Part shown: positions 47,811 to 60,000 of the stretch, piece by piece
How positions within the stretch are numbered: the first letter of the stretch is position 1
How the letters are laid out: each line of letters starts with the position of its first letter
NCBI GenBank assembly: GCA_051294905.1
Contig: CM119371.1
Location: 10,046,001 to 10,106,000, forward strand
Reading direction: 5' to 3'
DNA: 60,000 nt
From: Botryllus schlosseri
Lineage: Eukaryota
Notes under the pieces: model-generated
Seen by the model: the letters and a program-made list of their open reading frames with translations, nothing else
What the model was told of the DNA's origin: nothing
The model's database searches: none
Translations under genes and position numbers: made by a program

Positions 47811-49340
47811 CAGGGCTGTGGAGTCGGTAAATTTTACCACCGACTCCGGCTCCGACTCCGGCTCCGACTCCGACTCCGACTCCGACTCCGACTCCGGCTC
47901 CGACTCCGGCTCCGACTCCGACTCCACACATTTTCAATATACCGACTCCAACTCCTGAGTCTATAAACGTACCGACTCCGACTCGGACTCCAGCATTATT
48001 ACCAATTTACTTCGGAAATTATACGACACATTGTCGGTTGAATGACTATCATACAACCATTAAACATATGCAAGCATGATTAACGGTGGCTTTTACAAAA
48101 CCAGCCGATGCATTTGCTCTGTCACATTATCATGGTTTAATTCCAAAAATTGCCTCAATTTTGACTGCATCGCGAAAACGCATATTGTGATTTTCTTCCC
48201 CTGTATAACTGAGTTGTAATTTCCAAGTAATATCTAATTTTATCTATGTCAGGGGTGGGCAACTTTTTCGGCCAAAGGTACACATGAGATTTACGAACCA
48301 TTGCGCGGGCAACTGGAATGTTGATAACCTATTTTTAGTCGTCCGATAGGAGCAAACCGAATTAGGTATCATTGTAAACAAGACGATATTAATACGCTCT
48401 AAAATTGATAACAATATGTCATGCAACTATGCAATGCGCAACCAGGCCCTGGTCGCGCGAAGCGCCAAATATTTTTACTAGATAATGACTGAATTATATC
48501 AATAAATATGTTGCTGACATACATTGGGGGTCGTATCCGTATACCACTGGGCTCATTTGGCAAGGACAGGATTATTCGACGTTTAGACATAGCAAAATCG
48601 ACGGTATCAGTGAACATGCCTCTATCATTTTGTGCGAATGTTTTGTCGACGATCTCGCTGCGAGTGCACAAGCGAAGCCGCATGATGGACGACACGTTAT
48701 CTCCTAATTGCGAATATAGTTAGACTCAATTCTGTGAATAATATGTATTTATAATTTTCAGAAGGGGGCTCAAATACTGAATGCAGGAAATCTAGTGACA
48801 ATGAATCATGCGAAGTACCGAGAAAAATTTCAAGTCAAATAAATCTGCTATGAAATATTCTACTTTATGGTCGCATACGAATATCTGGAATTAATGTGGC
48901 TGGCCCCTGGATACGTCAATGCGTCAGAACTGTTGTTTTAGTCATCATCAAATTTCGGGGTCATGCTAATCAAATTTTGGTTGGCCTTACAATTGTACCT
49001 GATGTCATAAATAATTTCGAGAATTACCGCGCAGGCCACACCTAACCTTCTCGTGTACCAAATTCAGCCTGCGTGCCACGGGCTGGCCGCACCTGATCTG
49101 CATGGTTAATAATAACAGTGATTGGTCGTACATAAAAATCCTATTGAAAATTCATTGAAAGCAAATGTTTTCATGATAGAGAAGTTGGAATCGGAGTCGG
49201 AGTCGAAGTCAGAGTCATTCTCACAAACTCCGACTCCGACTCCAGCTAATATAGTTTTCACGACTCCGACTCCATCAAACAAAAATTACCCAGACTCCGA
49301 CTCCGACTCCACCGACTCCGACTCCGACTCCACAGCCCTG
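47811..49340. mobile_element. hAT non-autonomous element with (CCGACT)n subterminal arrays
   Basis: TIR cagggctgtggagtcgg / ccgactccacagccctg; TSD GTTTCGAC (47803-47810, 49341-49348). Confidence 0.93.
48250..49095. mobile_element. Charlie-type MITE nested in 47811-49340
   Basis: Starts caggggtgggcaac and ends ggctggccgcacctg; flanks atctatgt/atctgcat (eroded TSD). Confidence 0.7.
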
Positions 49341-50040
49341 GTTTCGACTTGAATGTAAACAATGGGCCTGATCTTTTTTGTCCACCATATGTTAAACGAT
49401 GTGGACGCGCTAGTATGGTATTTATGCACTTTCGATACCGAGGTAAAGAAGTCATCGAAGTTTTCGTGGCAGTGCCCGCAATGGAATTTATAGGCTTTCC
49501 TGAGCTTGGCAATTTTTAGTCTCCGCATATCTTCTATGTTTAGGACACCGAATCTTTTGAGCAGCCTTTGTAAAAACTATTCACAGCTCAACTGTACAGT
49601 ACAGATTTTTAGGAGAAGTAATTCGATTCGGATTTTTTTGGATTTTGGACGGCATTATTCGGATTCGCATCGGTTTTAGTTGAGATTTTTCGAATTTGGA
49701 CGGATAGTTCTTCAGGGCATAGAAAACTGAAGAGATTCAAGCGCTGTCGGGCGGATTCGCATTTTAAGAAATCAATATCCGCTCATCACTTGATAAAGTG
49801 ATAGCGACACCTTACAGTCGTGCGTCGCCTACAAAGCATATTTTGTTTTGTATAGAAATCAGGAGAGAGAGAAAGAGACTCTATTTTCATCCAACCAAAA
49901 TACATAAAAACAGACGGCAATGATGGCGGTACAAAACATGCTTGCACAGTATTCGGTATCAGATAGGAATTATCGATACGACAGTGAATGTCAACTATTC
50001 TGATCACACCAGCATCAAACAGGTATACTTGACTCTACAC

Positions 50041-50442
50041 CAGTGGCTCCCAACGTGGGCGATATCGACCCCTAGGGGGCGATTTGGCGGTCTAGCGGGG
50101 CGAAAATGACGAAGGGGCGATAGGGGGGCGAAAATGGACAAAGGGGGCGACGGGGGCAAAAGTAGCGAAGGGGGCGATAGGGGGGCGATGACGCGTTAAA
50201 ACGGCTATATTTGAGTCAAGTCGGAGAAATGACCTTTTTTTGTTTTTTTTGTCATCCCACGAAAATTCAGTTGCAAAAGTGTAAAATTCGACATCGAACA
50301 GCAAATTTGAACTTTTTTTTTAGTCAACCCGCCGGTGATTACAGTAGGGATACTCATTTTTTGGTTCACAAAATTTGGGGGGCGATGATCGGCGTTGAGC
50401 TTGAAAAGGGGGCGATGAGTCGAAAAAGGTTGGGAACCACTG
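50041..50442. mobile_element. Charlie-type MITE with GGGGCGA repeats
   Basis: TIR cagtggctcccaac / gttgggaaccactg; TSD (C/T)TCTACAC. Confidence 0.88.
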
Positions 50443-50519
50443 TTCTACACAGTCAGGCCGTAAAAAGTGTTGGTTTAAAAAGTAAAATAAAAATAAAAGT
50501 AAACAATGGTAGCAAATGA

Positions 50520-50660
50520 TCAATGAAGCAATGTCTGGGCAAAGCAGAACAACAGTGTTATAACGTCAAGAGGTGATTAAGCAGGCCTTTTTTGAATCTA
50601 TTATAAGGCAATTCACGGATATCTTGTGGTAATTTATTCCAGATGATAGGAGTAGTCAAT
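50520..50660 (-). mobile_element. LINE 3'-end remnant
   Basis: Minus strand reads IIWNKLPQDIRELPYNRFKKGL, the WNxLP..FK pattern at CR1/L2 ORF2 C-termini. Confidence 0.5.
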
Positions 50661-51589
50661 AGATCTCTTAGTTAGGTTGCTAGAGAGAGAGATACAGTTT
50701 TTATTGAGTAAGAAATTACATTCAAACATAAAATACAGGTTGCAGCGATACGATCCTTAGGGATCAGCTAGTCAGCTACATCTATGGAGTACAGAATCGT
50801 CTTTTAATAGAATTAATAAAAAAAAACAGGTACAACAGTAGTAAGTTGGAATAACACCAGAGTAACAGGCAACAATAATAAAGAAGTAACGAAAGAACGA
50901 AATACAATGAAAACAAAAGATAAATAGAAGATGAATAAATGTACAGAGTTGTCCGTTTAAATTCTAGAGATAAAAACAATTTGGCAACAGATTATCAAAT
51001 CCAATAAACAGCAATTACAATGCAAGTAACTTTAATATGACATGAGTAAATGAGATTTAAATTCGCGACAAAAGGCTGAAAAATACATCTCCTTAGTGGC
51101 TAATTGAATGTAATTCCATATTTTTGATCCGTGTTGTATGATTGATATCCGACATTCACTATTCGTGACACGAGAAACAAATAAATTATTGGAAGTCGAA
51201 GACCGAGTACGGTGTGTATGTACTGTACGACACTAGATGGCGTGAAAATTTCTCTAAACAAACTTGGGAGGTCACTCCAAACCTCTACTGTCAAGATTTT
51301 AAGGGATTTATATTCGGGGGAGAGTCGTTGCCGTTTTTTCATACAACTGATATATGTTTCTAATTGCTAAATTTTGAAGTACTTCAATTTTCGATTAGCA
51401 CGTTTTGCAGCTAAGTCCCCAGACGACTATGACATAACTGGGCTGACTATCAAAGAGTGAGAAATACAAATTTCTAAGCTCAGGTCTTGGTAGGCTGTGT
51501 CTTGGACGGGAAAAAATTCCTACATCCCTGGAAAGTTTTGTAGTAATTTTATCGATACGGGACTTCCATGATAAATTATCGTCAATGCG

Positions 51590-53630
51590 AATTCCAAGTT
51601 ACTTCACACAGGAGATGGGGTTCACATTTGTATTATTTAGATTCAAGAATGAAGAGACGAATGTAACGGGACTAGGCTTTTGGTTAATGATTAGAATTTG
51701 TGTTTTAGACGGATTTATTAGTAGCTTGTTCGCATTCTTCCAAGAACTGATTCGTTGCATTTGGGTGTGAAATAATTCTTGCAATATTGGAAGAGAGGAG
51801 GCCGAGACATACAAGCATGTGTCATCCGCGAATAGTGTTGTGTGAAAAGGAGAGCTTGCGATCACGTCGTTCCTGTATATATTGAACAGTAAGGGACCAA
51901 GGACCGATCCTTTTGGAATGATACAGGTAACTAACGATGAAGCAGAGTTGGCAGAAGATAAATCATCAACATATTGCATGCGGTTTGATAAATAAGATTA
52001 TATTGGATTATGGTGAGAGCCTCTCACACCATATCGAAATAATTTATCAAGTAAAAGACTGTTGTTTACTGTGTCAAAAGCTTTTTGAAGGTCCGGAAAA
52101 ATACTACAGCCAATTTCATTTTTAGATATTGTTGAATGATATTGAAGAAGAAGGTTGAGAACTGCTTGGTTAGTATTGCAGTTGGTACGAAAGCCAAATT
52201 GGTTTGGTTGCAGTAGAGGTTCAAAGTACTTATATAGTCGTGTATGGATGAGCTTCTAAACACTATAGCCATTCAAGATAAGACGGATATAAGATTATAG
52301 TTAGCCTTATCGCTTTTGTCCCCTTTTTATATAAATTGGAACCACCCTTGCAATTTTAAATGAGTTAGGGAAGATTCCATTTTCTACACACTGCTTGAAG
52401 AAGTGGCAGATGTATGGTGTAATAGCTGATGGTATTACTTTAAGCAGCTCAACGGGTAACTTACTGTAACCCTCTGCCTTCCCACCCTTCATATTTCTAA
52501 TTATATCATGAATTTCTGGTTCATTGGCAGGTAACATGAACATGCTGTTAGCATTGCTCTGCAATGGAGGCAAAATGCATCTGTTGTGGTAATTATTACA
52601 CTTCACAGCAAGATTTGGACCAATGATGTAAAATATTTGCTTTAAGTAGATGCTATTGATGCAGGATCAGATATCACCAGCCCACTTTCATCGATAATTT
52701 GAGATGGTTTGGTTGATTTATGTGAGCAAGCATTGATAAGATTCTTTATCCCACGCCACATCTGTTTTTGATTTGCGCTATGTTGATTGAAGTATTTGCG
52801 AAAGTATGATTTTTTTTGCCTTGAATGTGATCTGGTTCAATTAATTTGCCAAAGTTTTATACTTGATTCGGTCCAATTCATTACCATTTGTAATCCATAT
52901 ATGATGAAGTTTATTTCTTTTCTTAATGGAGCGCAGAATACCTTGAGTGATCCAGGGTTTGAGATGTAACGTGCGTTGTCCACGTGTAAGGCGGTGAATA
53001 GGAATGTGTTTATGGACTAGGTCAGTGATCTGAGATAGAAAGCTCTCAAACTGAGCATCAAGATTTTCTTTGGTGAGTAGCTGTAGAGCATTTCCAGGAA
53101 AATAATCGAATGATTCAACTAAAAACGAAGTCTTGAACTCCATTATAGTTAGTCTTTTATAAATATAACTACTTTTAAATGGCGGAGATTTAGTAACAAC
53201 ATCGGTCAAAATTGGATAATGGTCTGTAAGATCGTTCCGGATAACCACAAGATGAATAGCGCACGCGGTCAAGTTGGTGTATATGTGATCAAGTATAGTG
53301 TTGCAGAGTGATGACTTACTCGAGTCGGTAAAGTGATAAGAGGAGCTGTACCGTGGGAGTTCAAAATATTCAAATAATCAAGAGTTCCCGTTGTAGCAGT
53401 TAGTAAGTTGATATTCTAGTCTCCGAGGATGAAGAAAGTTTTCATCTGAGAATTTGGTAATGACAATGTGCGGCTCAGTTCCGAAGAGAAATCTGAGAAG
53501 CAGTGACTTAGATGTCTATAGATAACACCAACTATGAAAGAGGGCGAATATTCCGATAGGATGAGCGTAATATATGCCTAATTTAATAGCTGTTGGAGTG
53601 AATAAGACATCTGTGGCCCATCAAATTGTT
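51590..53630 (-). mobile_element. Decayed CR1/L2-like LINE (APE + RT), paralog of 1716-6985 without the hATm insertion
   Basis: KGSVLGPLLF, LFADDT, KIARVVPI, KPWITQGI, LTDHYPI. Confidence 0.88.
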
Positions 53631-53910
53631 AAAAAGTTCTTTAAACTCTGACGGCATGACGGACGTAGAAACTCTTAGTAATGAATGCACATATTTGATC
53701 AATGGGGAGTCTTGTGAAACATTACCTAATTCCCTGAAGTGAAACCCCGATAAGATATTTGTGATACCTAGTCATCGTGTGAAATAGAGATAAGGGAAAT
53801 AAATCGTACGATGTTTTTAGGAAAATAATCCCTCGTGGCTATGATATATATATATATGCGTGTAATAAAACGTATACATTATTCAATTTTCATGATTCGG
53901 AAGTACCGTT

Positions 53911-54431
53911 CAGTGATGAGCGGATAGTGCTTTTCGAGACTCCGAATCCCTCCGACAACTTTAGTGTCTGAGGAAAACTCCCTCCGACTCCGGAGACCTC
54001 AATCTCAGACTCCGAGATACTCCGATGAATCTCGTCAAGTATCCGAAACAGGGGCAAGCATGATGCACTTGGTAATGTGTTTTAGTAAATTAATCTGATA
54101 ATATAAATGGTTGGCCTCATAATATTGTCTACTCTCCAGTCCCCAATTGCAGTGCAGATGGCTGATTTTTATGCACTTGGCAATCATTTTTGCATGTTAC
54201 CCGACATTTACAACTGTACAAGGTGTCAACTGTCGGTGTTTTGGTTTGTAATCATAATCAAGAGTGTATTCAGGTCAGAGCTATCCAAAGATATCGGAGA
54301 CAAAAGTTACAATAATCCGAAATTTCTACGAAAAAATATCTGTAATAAACTCCGACTCCGCTCCGACTGTCACAAAATCGGCAAAACTCCGCCCCGAATC
54401 CACCCCGACTCCACTCCGATGCTCATCACTG
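53911..54431. mobile_element. hAT MITE with ACTCCG repeats
   Basis: TIR cagtgatgagc / gctcatcactg; TSD GTACCGTT; absent at the paralogous site ~7293. Confidence 0.92.
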
Positions 54432-55182
54432 GTACCGTTATGCCGCCGTACGTTGATTCAATAAATTTACAAGTCGTGGAGACAGAAACAAAATATCCGT
54501 CCATGTGATCTTCGAATACACGTGTGCTAGACAGGCTTCGTGGTACGTCAGCCAGAGCCAACCACTGGCGTGGACGTCGAAGGGAAGATATGCGCAACGA
54601 ATGCTACAAGTAACCTTCTGGAGTCAGATTACACAAGTATAATATAAACAAACATTCGCTCTGCGTTAAAAACGTGAACGTCGGTTAAATTTGAACACAG
54701 ATTTTTTACGTATTGTTGATGGTCGAAAATGTTTGCTCTCAAATGTACGTAGACGCGCGGACCACATTTTGTAAGACCGGAAACTATCTGTGGGCAGTTC
54801 AAAATCCCGTCGCAGGCGGGATGTCGCCGCACCTGGTCCAATATAATAGATTATCCGATAAAAGCTCAAATTATCTACCTTCAAGTTATTTAGTGGAATA
54901 CATCGGACAAACCTAATCCCGAAGTTCGACAAGAAGATATATAATGGCAACAACAAAGTCGCTCTCAATACCTTATCTAATGTCATATTTCCTTGTACCC
55001 ACTATTGCATGCCTTGAATTCTTGGATTTTACAATACGTTGATTAACCGAAGAAAAGTAGACATGGCGACGCCTGTAGGATTAGCTAAGCCAAATTGTCC
55101 AATGCTTAATCGCAGTTCTTCATTACGTTGCATGGTCTAAAGTCGGACTGATGGTTGATTTGTGCGGCCGTTATATCCACAC

Positions 55183-56836
55183 TAGGGTTGTCCATAATTT
55201 GGAAAATCTCAAAATTTATGCGTATCCATGGCTCATTCTATAGATTATAGTTAAAAAACGTCAATGAACCTGCAATAAGCTCACAGGAAAGTCGGTAACA
55301 TTTGTCTAAATGCGTTTGAAAGTAGCTGCCGTGGATTGGGCGTGTCAGCGACCATAGAGCGGCAAGCAGACTAGTAATCACGAAATCACGGCGTTTGATT
55401 GACTAATCTGCTATGCTTCAATGATCACGACGTTGGCGGCTTGTTGATCAGCGGGTCAAGCAGTCGGCTAACCAGGGCTGCGGAGTCGGTAAATTTTACC
55501 ACCTACTCCGGCTGACGGCGGTGATTCTGTAAGTACATTATAGGTTGGTCCGCAACTAATGGTTTAGGATTAATTCAGAACATGTTGAGTTACGAAATAC
55601 ATGATGAACTATAAGAACAGCTGCTTCACAATATCTTTAAATACACGACTGGATGGCTTATTGTGAAGGTAACCGCTGTAGCCTGTATGCCTTGATTTCA
55701 TTGATGGAAAGCACAAAAACACACGGAAAATACTGCAAAGGCTCTTATGCAAGTGGCAAACGAATTTCTAGTTTCAGAGGCGATGTACCATCAGTGAATA
55801 CAAATATAAAGCTTGACATTGACACTACTTTGTCTGATCTTATTAGGCTGTTGTCGTTGTACATAAATGAAGTCTTGAATGCTGTAAGGGCTGGATGAAT
55901 CAGTCATTTATGCTTGGCACTTGTCAGATTCTTGCAGCATAATGAATCATATCCGCAAGTGCTATCAAAGTCCTCAATTATGCCGGGCAAAGAGGTCTAA
56001 AGATAAGCACAAACTGTGCTGGTAGGACCAGCAAAAAGACAGTTTGCTTGCATTGCTTAGCATGTCCTTAATGAATGTTAGATCATTACCGGCTGCATAA
56101 CGACTAATGCTTGAATCAAACCAGACATGGACAAAAATGGTGGATTGAAGCGGTGTGGTAGTTACACTCTTCTTCAGAAATCCAATGAAAGCTACCCGGT
56201 CGGCCCACATATCTTCTGAGCATACAGGATTGTGTCCAGCATCCATCTCACATGTTATGCTGCACCAGTTTGGTGATGTCTAATATGCCTTACCTGCACC
56301 CAGAAAAGCAGGACCACTTGGCGTAATCTTAAGCATATAATATATGTATTTCTTGGATCTGTACTTAGTTCTATAAGTTCACAATTATTCGCTGCTTCAC
56401 CTCTGTCATGCCTGTAAGAGGCTATTGTTGCTCTAAACCTGTCGTTACCTAGTTTTAACACTAAAACATTCAATGACCAGATGTCTCATTTTAACATTAA
56501 ATCACCAATGTACAATGCGCTTACATAATCATTGCCGTTAGCGATCTCCTTGGACTAATAGAAGCACATAATCAGCAAGCCGCTGTGATCGTGATCATTC
56601 AAGCATAGCTGAATAACCAATCAAGAGACGTGATTTCGTGATTACTGGTCTTCTCGCCGTTCTATGGTTGCTAACACGCCCACTCTACTGCAGCTACTTT
56701 CAAACGCATTTAGACAAATGTTACCGACTTTACTATGAGCTTATTGCAGGTTCATTGACGTTTTTTATCAATAATCTACAGAATGAGACATGGATACGCA
56801 TCTTTTTTGAGATTTTCCAAATTATGGACAACCCTA
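55183..56836 (-). mobile_element. Non-autonomous hATm-type element with ~265-bp TIRs
   Basis: tagggttgtccataatttggaaaatctcaaaa at both ends (inverted); TSD ATCCACAC; empty site at ~8051; remnant IFVHVWFDSSISRYAAGNDLTFIKDM resembles FYVPAWLKTGIACDAPWNDLKFLHDI of the 1771 element. Confidence 0.92.
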
Positions 56837-57520
56837 ATCCACACACACCGACTCACGCAGGTCATGGGATTATCATGAATATTTATTTAAGTATTTCCGG
56901 TCCAAGTGTCTCATCGGTACCACATCTCCGCTACCCTAAAATCGTTCATACAATTCCATGATGAATTTTTTTGCTGGCCAGTGTAATAAAATCGCGATAT
57001 GTTCATAACACCTGGGGATGCGCCCGCATCACTCGCAACCCACTCTCATACACCACTGCACTGAGATGGCAATAAACGCACCACTAGGCCTTTCACCAAG
57101 TTTTCTGTGTAACCTATCTGAACACAACAACAGGAAACCACCACGATATGAAATTTGTATGTCATTCTATGAATTGTGCTGACATCAAGTCGAATGATAT
57201 CGGCCAGGCATTACTATACAGGAGAACAAGTGCAAGGTTACATCTGACTACGTTACATGAATTTTGACTTCTAGTCAGCAATAGTTAGAAAGTTAAGATT
57301 GTGCTTTTCGATTCACGAATAATAATAATTATTAATTCAGGTATAAATGTTATCATGGTCGTTCTTATACTCATGAGTTATCGATTTTGAACTTTGCAGC
57401 ATTTCTATCGTATTGTAGATACACATCAGGTCAGAAGTCTATTTCGTAAGTAGCGAATGTTTCAACATCGGTGGGGTTGGTACACGTGCATAGAACCAGA
57501 GTCAAACCAATGGTACATAG

Positions 57521-58552
57521 TAGGGATGGTGTGAACCCCTAAAGGTTCTGGTTTGTGTGAACACCAACCTTTTTTGTAAGATTCCATATGAACGCTAACG
57601 TGAACACGAGCCTATGACATAGTGATAATTCCAATCCTACATTTCCTTTAAGTAATATATTGATGTTACAAAGTATAAGATACGTAGCGACAACTCAGGT
57701 CACATTATGCCACATCGCTGAAGTAGGCCTACATGCTGATTGCTGACTTTTTAAGCATCATCCAATGTGTTCCAACTGGAACGATAAAATGCTATAATAA
57801 TTCCATAAAATCAAACTCTTCCGTCGCCTTGCCAACAATTTCAATGAGGACTTGCAAGGTAATATAAGCTTACGCCTTAACGGTCCAGCTAGACTACACC
57901 GGCCAATGCTTTCTTAGGGTGGCCTTAGAATATTGCTAATGATTGCTATTGCTACTGCTATTGATTAGAGTGAAAATCGGTTTCTTTGTAGGCCTGCTCG
58001 CTACAGATACCCCCTCATAATCAGGATACGCATTAGCCAGCACCCCAATCGGACGGATTTGGATTTTATGATATAACATTCATATCAAGATGGATCCCAT
58101 GCGTCAGTAGAGTTTTTACATTGGAAATCGATCCATACTTATATCAGTTTCATTGACGTGAAAATGATTGGTTGAATACGCACAATTAGCTGACAAACTA
58201 CATGCAGTCTATTTCATTCTTGATATTGCGTGATTGCGCGCGAAGAAAAAAGCTGAATATTTCAAGCAAACCTTTTTCCACGAAGCTATTAACTTTTTTT
58301 GAAATTGGCAAGGTGCATGTTCGTTAGTGCTGTTAATTTCTTTTCATGCTGCCAGCGCAATCTAGAGATTGGTCCGAAATTGAAATGCAAAGAATTTTAA
58401 CCAAAGATGTTATAATGACGTGAAAAATTGTAATGCATAGAAAAGGTTCACAGTGCAGAACATACCAAGGTTTGTTTGTGAACGCGTACCTCCAAATTTC
58501 TCAGGTTCACACACAGAACGCTAACATGAACGTAACAGTCACACCATCCCTA
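57521..58552. mobile_element. ~1-kb hAT-type MITE, copy upstream of MTase 3
   Basis: TIR tagggatggtgtga; nearly identical to 8881-9919. Confidence 0.88.
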
Positions 58553-58743
58553 GTAGGCTATAAAGATGACTTTCCGCATCGCCGATGTTATGACGTAACC
58601 GTGAGTAATCTTCGAATCCTCTAATGTACTCGAAGCCAATTCAAATCACTCAAGCTCTCGATTTTTCCCAGCCCCAACTATTACCATAGTCGTAGTAATA
58701 TCTAAACTCAAAGTAAAGTTTATCATCATCCCTTCATAGCTAT

Positions 58744-59601
58744 ATGTCCGCTCCATCGAAGGTTATACCCGAAGATGCCTTCAACATGGAGAATACGGCG
58801 CAAAATTTCATTCAAAGCAGACCGCGTGCTTTGGTAGATATTCCGGTTCGGCTCATCATTGAGCGGCTCAAGCTATTAGGGAAAGTAGATCAACGGTCTG
58901 GATGCTTACTTGATGTGGGGTGTGGAAGTGGCGAATCAACCAGATTGTTGGCGAAGAACTTTGACCATACGATCGGAGTAGACCCGAGTGCACCTATGAT
59001 ATCGTACGCCATCGCATTCGATAATGACATTTCAGACGTTGAGTTTAAAGTTGCAAATACGGAAAAACTGCCTATTGAAGATAGTTCTGTCGACGTGATT
59101 ACAGCCATGTTTGTTGTACACTACGCCGACCTCGAGAAGTTCATTCCCGAATGCAAACGAATGCTGAAACCAAGCGGCGTCGCAATATTTTACCGGCATC
59201 AGATACCAAAAATACTGCCGGCTGAAAATGACGCTCTACCCGTAATAGACGGGCCGGTAAAAGTGAGGATTCGAAAGCTATTGGAAAAAGCGAGAGAAAT
59301 GTCGCACCCGAGCTTCCACCAATATGAGCTATATGAAACGCAATTTGACGCAATCAGCTGGGAAGAGAAAAGTAGAGAAATAAATGAGCTGGAATTTGCG
59401 CCTGATTCCCTATTGACTCTTGGCTCATGGTCTCGCTTCTATCATAATCTTCCGTTTTATCAAAAAGCGGGTAAAAACGGCGTGAATCCACTTACTGAAC
59501 TCGTGCAAGCTGTGAAAAATACCTGGTCGATGCAGGGTAGGGATTCCGACGACATCAAAATTAGAGTGGTGTACACGACGGTGATGATTCTTTTGAAATA
59601 G
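58744..59601 (+). CDS. Class I SAM-dependent methyltransferase (Methyltransf_11-like), 285 aa, intronless
   Basis: Intact ORF, LLDVGCGSG motif I; near-identical to 10114-10972 but without the frameshift. Confidence 0.9.
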   Translation: MSAPSKVIPEDAFNMENTAQNFIQSRPRALVDIPVRLIIERLKLLGKVDQRSGCLLDVGCGSGESTRLLAKNFDHTIGVDPSAPMISYAIAFDNDISDVEFKVANTEKLPIEDSSVDVITAMFVVHYADLEKFIPECKRMLKPSGVAIFYRHQIPKILPAENDALPVIDGPVKVRIRKLLEKAREMSHPSFHQYELYETQFDAISWEEKSREINELEFAPDSLLTLGSWSRFYHNLPFYQKAGKNGVNPLTELVQAVKNTWSMQGRDSDDIKIRVVYTTVMILLK

Positions 59602-60000
59602 CAATATGTTAAAACATTCAATGGTAAATTGGGAATCTATTGCTCATCTCAAAGTGTGAATTTGTTGATTAAAAAGTTACGTGGAAGTGTATTGCGTGAA
59701 ATGAGATGAATACCACATCAGGAAACATCATGTGTCATCAACTCATCATTCAAACTGGTGGTAAGCAACCTGTTGTCCTTCGAACGGGTACGGTTCACAA
59801 GGAGTTCGTTACCGGCGTGGTAAAAGCTCGATTACTTCATTTAAAGATCACGAGAAGCTTCAGAATTATAGTGGTCAAGATCGCCGAAAAATATTTAAAT
59901 TGTCTTAAAATTAAAAAATTAATTAAACGGGTGTCGTTATTCGAAACATGTATGTTACTTTTGACATTTTGATATGAATCCTTATAAATTGCGATTAAAA

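Larger units (their letters stand above)
51764..60000 (+). repeat. Segmental duplicate of ~1716-11390 (runs off the window end)
   Basis: Colinear LINE, Buster relic, MITE, MTase and 3' flank; differs by three TE insertions and several deletions. Confidence 0.92.

Noticed and set aside
47707..47937. GVGAGVG silk/elastin-like ORF (also the SESES/SRSRS ORFs at 49122-49528)
   Set aside because: Translation of the (CCGACT/CCGGCT)n subterminal repeats of a TSD-bounded MITE

Overview
AT-rich eukaryotic (most likely invertebrate animal) genomic DNA, with no prokaryotic operon structure, rRNA, tRNA or CRISPR array that I can detect. The window is dominated by nested cut-and-paste DNA transposons, many delimited exactly by TIRs and target-site duplications (TSDs). 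These include a near full-length but frameshifted hATm-type element (1771-5412), a Chapaev3 derivative, a TTF-zinc-finger hAT derivative, Charlie/Buster-type relics and about a dozen MITEs, alongside decayed CR1/L2-like LINEs. Host-type genes: three intronless class I SAM-dependent methyltransferase paralogs (10114 frameshifted; 22533 and 58744 intact), three broken SLC49/FLVCR-like MFS transporter copies, and a 20(+4 decayed)-finger C2H2 zinc-finger array with non-canonical linkers. The methyltransferases sit in an amplified unit (Buster relic + one shared MITE + MTase, followed by an MFS copy in units 1 and 2). 1.7-11.4 kb is duplicated at 51.8-60 kb, and the repeated units provide internal empty sites that confirm four insertions. 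The most unusual structures are (i) the repeated MTase/MFS cassette, (ii) a 2.6-kb foldback element made of two 3' ends of a hATm-like transposon and (iii) the ZF array bracketed by ~240-bp direct repeats. Family assignments come from motif recognition by eye, not database searches.
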